This document shows, piece by piece, positions 56,537-64,000 of a stretch of DNA of 64,000 bases. The notes under the pieces were generated by a model. The model was not told the origin of the DNA and did not search any database. It worked only from the letters and a program-made list of their open reading frames with translations. The stretch is taken from positions 62,001 through 126,000 of the forward strand of contig JBODTK010000104.1 in NCBI GenBank assembly GCA_050613775.1. Reading direction: 5' to 3'. The translations under genes were made by a program, and so were the position numbers. How positions within the stretch are numbered: the first letter of the stretch is position 1; every line of letters starts with the position of its first letter. This DNA is from Neocallimastix sp. 'constans'. Taxonomy: Eukaryota.

Positions 56537-56697
56537 AAGGATAAAAACTTTTTAAATTGAAAAAGTGATGATATAGCTAATCTTTAAACATTCTGTAAAC
56601 TCTCCAAAAGAATGCAGGATTCCTTTTCAATTATCCTAATCATAATCATTAAGAGAAAATAATGGAGTGAATCGAATCGAATTATATAAAATTGGAT

Positions 56698-56740
<43 letters not shown>

Positions 56741-56784
56741 CGACCAATACTTCTTATATATATATATATATATATAAAAAAAAA

Positions 56785-56944
56785 AGAAAAGTAAGTATTG
56801 ATTGAAGATCCATTACTTTTAAATTATGAAGAAGAAAAAAAAAGTAATAAGACAAGTAAGTATTGATTGAAGATTCAATACTTTTAAATTATGAAGAAAA
56901 AAAAAAGTAATAAGACAAGTACTGATTTAAGATCCATTACTTTT

Positions 56945-56984
<40 letters not shown>

Positions 56985-57037
56985 GAAATATTGTATATTT
57001 GAACTTGAAAGAATATCTTAAATTAAATATTAAGAAA

Positions 57038-57073
<36 letters not shown>

Positions 57074-57145
57074 GAAAAAGTGAAATATTGTATATTTGAA
57101 CTTGAAAGAATATCTTAATATAAGAAAATTAAAAAAAAAAAAAAA
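56785..57145. repeat. Two small tandem duplications (3 x ~60 bp and 2 x ~95 bp) separated by poly(A)
   Basis: GTATTGATTGAAGATCCATTACTTTTAAATTAT occurs three times (variant copies); AGTGAAATATTGTATATTTGAACTTGAAAGAATATCTT occurs twice. Confidence 0.85.
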
Positions 57146-57618
57146 ATGAATAAAACACCACCATTACTTTTGAAAATGGATGAAAATTTTTTTGGAAATG
57201 AAAAATTTAGTGAAATATATACCTCTCTCTCTCTCTCTCTCTCTAAATTTTCTATATTTAGATATATTTTAGTAGAATATAAAACAGATATAAATAAATT
57301 AACAAAATAAATAAATAAATAAATATATATAAATTAATAAAACATACCAATAAATATATAAATAAATAAATAAATAAATAAATAAAAAAAATGGTAGAGG
57401 ACAAGACATCTTTTTTGTCTTTGTTAAGTAATAATAAGAAATGAAAATTCTAGTGAAATATTTAATAGAACAGAAAGTAACTCTATATATATAAAAAAAA
57501 GAAGGGTAGAATATATACTATTATAAATATATACTTATATTAAGAATATTGAGGTATAAAGTAGTATATTAGAAAACATATATATATATCTATATAAAAT
57601 ATATATTATTATTATCAG

Positions 57619-57650
<32 letters not shown>

Positions 57651-57930
57651 ATTTTGATTGTATCTTAATAAAATTTTAACACTTTAAAAAAAAAAAGGGA
57701 TTAAATATATTTTATATAAAAAAGATTTTTATTTATTTCAATTTTAATATATAATAATTTCTTAATTTAATATTATATATATATATGTATATTTATTTTT
57801 TAATGATTTAAGTATTATAAACTATTATTGTTTATTTTTATTTTATTTTATTTTTTTTTTATTTTTTTAATTTTAAATTTATATAAATAATTCTAATACT
57901 ATTATTATATTTTTATATTTTTTATTTTTA

Positions 57931-57961
<31 letters not shown>

Positions 57962-58057
57962 ATTAATAATTTTTTGTATAAAGTAATTTAATAAGAATAA
58001 TAATTATTAAATTATAAAATTTGAAGATTTAAATAATATTATTTGAAATAATAATAC

Positions 58058-58195
58058 TATACTTTGATATTATTATTACTAATATTATTTATTTATTTAT
58101 TAATTACTTTGATATTATTATTACTAATATTATTTATTTATTTATTAATTACTTTGATATTATTATTACTAATATTATTTATTTATTTATTAATT
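58058..58195. repeat. 45-bp minisatellite, 3 copies
   Basis: TACTTTGATATTATTATTACTAATATTATTTATTTATTTATTAAT is repeated three times. Confidence 0.85.
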
Positions 58196-58413
58196 TATTT
58201 ATTTTATTTAAAAAAATAATAGTAATAATGTTAAGTTATAAATATATAATTTTAATAGATAAAATTTGTAAAATGATTTTTTTATTATTTTTGTCTTTAT
58301 TAAATATTTAAAAGTTGTTCATTTTATAATATTTTATTTATTTATTATTTGACATTGATTTATTATTGTTTATTTTTTTTTTTTATTGTTTTTTTTTTGT
58401 TATTGTTATTAAA

Positions 58414-58470
<57 letters not shown>

Positions 58471-58689
58471 ATTATTATTAATTTCTTTTCAATAAAAAAT
58501 AAAAAAAAAAAATAGTATTAAATAATTTTTTTTTTTTTTTTATTTATTTCTTTATAAATAAAATAAAATAAAATAAAATAAAATAAAAATACTAATAATG
58601 ATAAAAATAATAATAAAAAGAGAGAGAAAAAAAATACTCTATATAATGATAAAATTTAATGACTATTTATTTATATTATATTATAATTT

Positions 58690-58720
<31 letters not shown>

Positions 58721-59274
58721 TTTTATTTTATTTTAATTTTTTTAAATTATGTTTTATTTTTTTTTGTGATAAAAAAAAAAAAAGGAAGTGAGGGGGGAAA
58801 TAGGAATTTATTCTAACTTAAATTAGATAAAAAAAAAAATTATAATAATAATAATAAAGTGAGAATAGAAATTAAAATAATAAAAAAAATAATAATAAAA
58901 AAATATTAAACCTTTTTATTATTACTAACTATTTATTATTACTTATCATTATTTATTTATTTATTTTTTTATTATAAAAAAAAAAAAAATTATTTTTACT
59001 TATTTTAAACAATTAATAAATGAATTAATAAAATGGATCTATTTATTTATTTAACTTTTTTTTTTTTTATTATTGTTGATTAAAAAAAAAAAAAAAAAAG
59101 GATTTATTCTTATAATGTATAATATTGATCAAAAATTTAATAATAAATCAAATATAAAATATTATAAAAATTATATATTATAATTCAACTAAAAATATAA
59201 TATTTATTTGAAAATAAAAAAATAAAAAATTATAATTAAAAATTAAAAATTATTAAAAAAAAAAAAAAAAAAAA

Positions 59275-59313
<39 letters not shown>

Positions 59314-59344
59314 TATATACATATAATTTTATAATTATATATTT

Positions 59345-59381
<37 letters not shown>

Positions 59382-59779
59382 CCTAAATTTTTAATTACTA
59401 ATTTTCATTTGGGTACTACTTAAATTAATATCTTGATTTTTTAATTATATATATATATATTTATTTTATTTTTTTTTTATTTTTTTAATGAAAAATATAA
59501 TCATTTAATTTTTATGTTTATTCGGGTTTTGATTTTTGATTTTTAGGTTTTTGTGATTTTTTTTTCGTTTTGTTGTTTGGTTATTTAGTTGTTTGGTTAT
59601 TTAGTTGTTTGTTTTTTGTTTTTGTACTTATGAATCAATTTATTTATTTTAATTTATTTTGTATTGTTGTTTATTATTGTATTTATATACTTATATAGTT
59701 ATTTTTTTTTTTTTTATTATAAACTTTTTTTTAGTTATTTTTTTTTTTTTTATTATAAACTCTTTTTTTTTTTTTTTTT

Positions 59780-62700
59780 CTAAAGTATAAAGTAATCATC
59801 TTCCTCTACAAAAGCCTTTCTCTCTGTATTTTTAAGACCATTGTTGGTGGTAGTTTTGTCGGTTTCCACTAAAGTTTTCGATTGTTTTGTAGTGATTGGT
59901 ATATGATTTGTTGGAATAAATTTGGTGGTGTAAGGAGAATAGTCATTATGAATATTATGACCATTACTATTCTTTTGGGTATTACGTTTAGCGACAGCAT
60001 TAGCAACAGCAATAGCATAAGCTTTTGCTTTTACTTGTTTCTGAAGCCATTGATCTGGTTCTGGAATACCTTTACGTTCTTTTTCAAGAATTTGTTGGGC
60101 TAGAGTTGAAGAGGTAACATAATTAATGGTGGTACCACTATTATTGGTATAAGTACTAAAGGTAGATTTTGCAGGTGATTTTTCAAAATTTGAATGAGTA
60201 TTAACTCCTCCTTGTTGAGTAATATCAATAGGTAAATTATTTTGATTTTCAATCAAAGAATTAACTTGATTACCAGTAGTATTGACAGTTCCTTTATTAT
60301 TATTATTATTATTTTTATTATTATTATTATTATTACTATTATTATTAGTATCACTATCCTTTTCTAAATTTAAAAGTTTTGCTACAATGGGTATATTAGT
60401 AAGAAAGTTTAAACCATTAAATTTAGTAAATTTCTTTGTTCCAAATAAATTATTAAAGAAATTATTTTCACTACTGAAAAATAGTGGAGCTGTTTTTGGT
60501 GTGGTGATGGTGTCATTGCTTTCTTTTTTAGGCAATGAGGTATTAATTTTTAATGATCCTTTCTGTTGTTTATCACCTTTAACGGTATTGGTATTGGTAT
60601 TAATAACATCCGTAGTGACTATATTTTTATTTGTATTGATATTTTCTTTATTATCTGATAGAGTAGATATAGATTTATTATTACTTGAAGATGAATTAGT
60701 AATAATAATATTTGGATTGGTGGTAGTGGTGGTTGGTGAACCTCTTTGATTAATATTATTATTATTATTGATGTTTTGTCGTAGAGTATTCACGCTCTTA
60801 CTATTAGATTTATTTGAATTAATTTGAGCTGGTAAACTATTGGTACGATATCTATTGATAGTTACATTTTGATGAACTTTAGATGGAATTTTTGGGGAGG
60901 TATGACCTAAATTATTTGATATTGTCATCATTGTAGTGACCGTAGTAGGAACATTCTTTCTTGGGTTTAAATAACCATCTGGATGGTTTCTTTGCGATAA
61001 TGGTGAAGATACTTTTGTTCTTGAATAAGATGAAATATTCTTTGAGAGTGCTGAAGATGTTGGTGGTAACATTTCATTTTTATAAATCATTTTTTTAGAA
61101 TAAAGTGAACTTGTCTTTGGATTTGAATGATGATGACTAGAGGATTCCTTATTCTTTGATTTATTATTTTGATGTGAATTATCTTTCAATTTTAATTTTT
61201 GTAAACTAGAATTTCCTTTTAATTTACGTTTTATTTGCTTTGGAGCTTTAGATGCAGATTTTGTAAGCGTATGAGAAATTGATTTAACCGAAAGTTTATT
61301 ATTTGATTTTTTTGAACTCTTATGTTTTCCATTTTTATTCCTATTATTATTAGAGGAGACTACGTTAACTGGTGGTAATCCAGCATTCTTATCAATTGTT
61401 TCCTTTGAATTTTCATTATCTTTACAATTACTATTACTGTTATTGCTACTGTTACCACTACTATTATCATTATTATTATTGCCATTACTGGTATTATTAT
61501 TATTATTATTATTATTGCCATTACTGGTATTATTATTATTATTATTGATATTGATAATAATATCATTTACTTTTTCATCTGGAGAATTTGTTAAGATGGA
61601 GGATGATTTATCTAATCCTGCAGGTCTACTTTTACCTAAAATTGAATCCCATAAAGAAACAGGTCTCTGATTATGCTTAGTTTGACCATGTGAACTTGAA
61701 CTGAGACTACGATTACGTTTTAAATTATCATAACTAGTTTTATTTAATTGATAACCATCCATGGATAAATACTTTCTATTATTACTACGAACCGAGGATA
61801 CGGAGGTAGAACGAAGAACTGAATCACCATTGAGTAATTTCTTTTCAATTTCATCAGAATTATCTAAATTAATATTTTCTTTTTTACAAATTTTATCATA
61901 CCATTGAATATACGCCTTCTGTGTTTCCTTCTGTTGATACATTGTTCTTATGGCAAATGGAGAAGCTGAAACAGCGGTTAATGTAGAATTAATAGAAGAG
62001 GCATATGAATAATGACGAAGATTCATTTCACTTTTATTCATTTTTTCATAGTCATCATAAAATCTTCTTTGATATGGGAATGAATTTGGTAAAGAATTAT
62101 CCTGAGATTTTAATTTTATTTCAGAATCATAACCAAAATCTTTTATATGTATATATGTATATATTATTTATTATTAAATAATATATTTTATTAATATAAA
62201 TTATAAATTAAATTATATTTAAAATATTAATAATAAATAATATATATTTATAATTTTAAAATATGAACAATCAAGTTTAAATATATAAAAATTAAAATAT
62301 ATATATATATATATAATAATGATTAATATAAAAAAGATAATAATGATTAATATAAATAAGATAATGATAATGATTAATGATTAATATATAAAAAAAAAAA
62401 AAAAAAGATAATAATGATGATGATTAATATTAAAATTAATGAATTATATATATATAAAGAAAAAAAAAAATTTTTTTTTTTAAAATCTATAAACTTACTA
62501 TTATTACGATGACGCCTATCGGTAATTGATGAAGAAGATAATGTTTCACTATCAGAATCTAATGAATCCATTTCTTCTGTTTCCTCTTCCCCTTCTTTTT
62601 TATCTGATAAAGAATTCTTATCCTTCTCACCTTCATTTTCATTTCCTGAAAAGACATAAATAATTTCTTCATTTCCTTTTAAAGACTTTTGACTTTTTTT

Positions 62701-63924
62701 CATCATTCTTCTTTGTCCTTCAATATCTTCATCTTCATCTTTATTTTTAACTTCATCTTTATCTTTATCTTCATCTTCATCATCACTCTCCTTTTCTGAA
62801 TCTTCTCTTTCATCATCACCTTCATTACTCTCTATTTCTAAAGTAAATTGTTCATCCGTATTTTCTTGTAATGGCTCATTCATTATAGTTTCTTTTTCAT
62901 CTTCAAAAGTAAATTTATTTTTATCATCATCATCAGCATCATCATCCTCTTCTTCATCTTCATCTTCAAGAAGAGGAGAACTTACTAATTCATTAGAATC
63001 TTCCGATAATTTATATTGACCCTCCTCCAAGGATAAATTGGAGGAATCTGAAGACATACCATTTTCAAATAAATCGCCATCAAAACGCATCATTTCCTGA
63101 ATACTATTATATTCTTCATCACTACTTCCCTCACTACTTAATACTGTACTTTCATCCCCTCCTCCTATACGATAATTACGTACTATATTATTGACAAATG
63201 AATTTTGTGTTAAAAGGGATAAAAAGGAATTTAAATTTTTAGCAATCACCGCAATTCTCTGTTTTTCTAAACCAATCTTGACAATTGGAAGATTTCCAAC
63301 ACTTACGGGTCGATTTAGTATATTTGAACCAGTACTCATTAATGAGGTATGTTTAGTAGCGGTTCGACCTGTTTGGAAGCTATTCATTCCCCAGTAAGGA
63401 GAACCTTGAGAGGAATAGGTATTTTCATCATCTTCCTTTAGCCACAGTGCAAAAATATTTTCATGACTAAAATCAACAAATATAGGATAGAAATATTGTG
63501 AAAGCAAATCGTCACTATAAAGATCTAAAAATAGTTCTCTTAATGTTATCTGAACTTCATTAAATTCAGCCGATTTAGTTATAAGACATAAATTACCAGG
63601 TAATGATCTTTTATTATTGTTGTAATAATAGGATGAAGTTTCAGAATAGGATGAAGGAACTGAGTTATTAAAGGTACTTTGTATAGATTTTGTACGACTC
63701 ATTGGTATCGATATATTACTTTTATAAACAGAACCTTTAGCATTTTCACTTGTACCTAAAATGCTATTATCATTATTATTTGTAACCCCTTCTTCTGATT
63801 GTTCATTTAAATAATACTTTATAAATTCAATAAAGAGTTGAGGAAATTTCGGAATAACATTAGATGGTAAAGTCTTAACGTAATGTGATATTACATTTTG
63901 TGTTTTCTTTGGATATTTATTCAT
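59780..63924 (-). CDS. Large uncharacterised protein (at least 1261 aa) with a putative SUKH/Smi1-Knr4-like N-terminal domain, an acidic region and a long Asn/Ser-rich disordered tail. Exons 62499-63924 and 59780-62139; may extend 5' beyond the window
   Basis: The 516-aa and 753-aa ORFs join in frame through a GTAAGT...AAG intron (62498-62140): RHRNN-N-FGYDSEIK...YEKMNKSE. A possible upstream acceptor lies near 63943. Confidence 0.8.
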
Positions 63925-64000
63925 CTTGTAATCAACTATTTTCTTAATATATAATGAATATTTATAGAAATTTTACCAATATAAATGTATTTATGACTTT

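Overview
Extremely AT-rich, intron-rich eukaryotic DNA. The gene content (IFT74 flagellar gene, secreted CotH kinase, intronless CE1-type esterase) and the base composition point to an anaerobic gut fungus (Neocallimastigomycota); this is an inference. I manually spliced seven protein genes: a secreted CE1 esterase, RPN3 (11 exons), DHH1/DDX6 (6 exons), an ING-family PHD protein (6 exons), IFT74 (15 exons), CotH (2 exons), and a protein of at least 1261 aa that appears to carry a split SUKH/Smi1-Knr4-like domain. Intergenic DNA holds a 379-bp Mutator-type foldback MITE with a perfect 9-bp TSD, a structured 351-bp poly(A) retroposon with a 15-bp TSD, a Ty1/copia relic, decayed APE-RT LINEs of at least two families, a ~0.95-kb tandem duplication with an internal micro-inversion, and many micro/minisatellites. 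Most short ORFs in the supplied track are microsatellite artefacts. All calls come from reading the sequence by eye; no searches were run.
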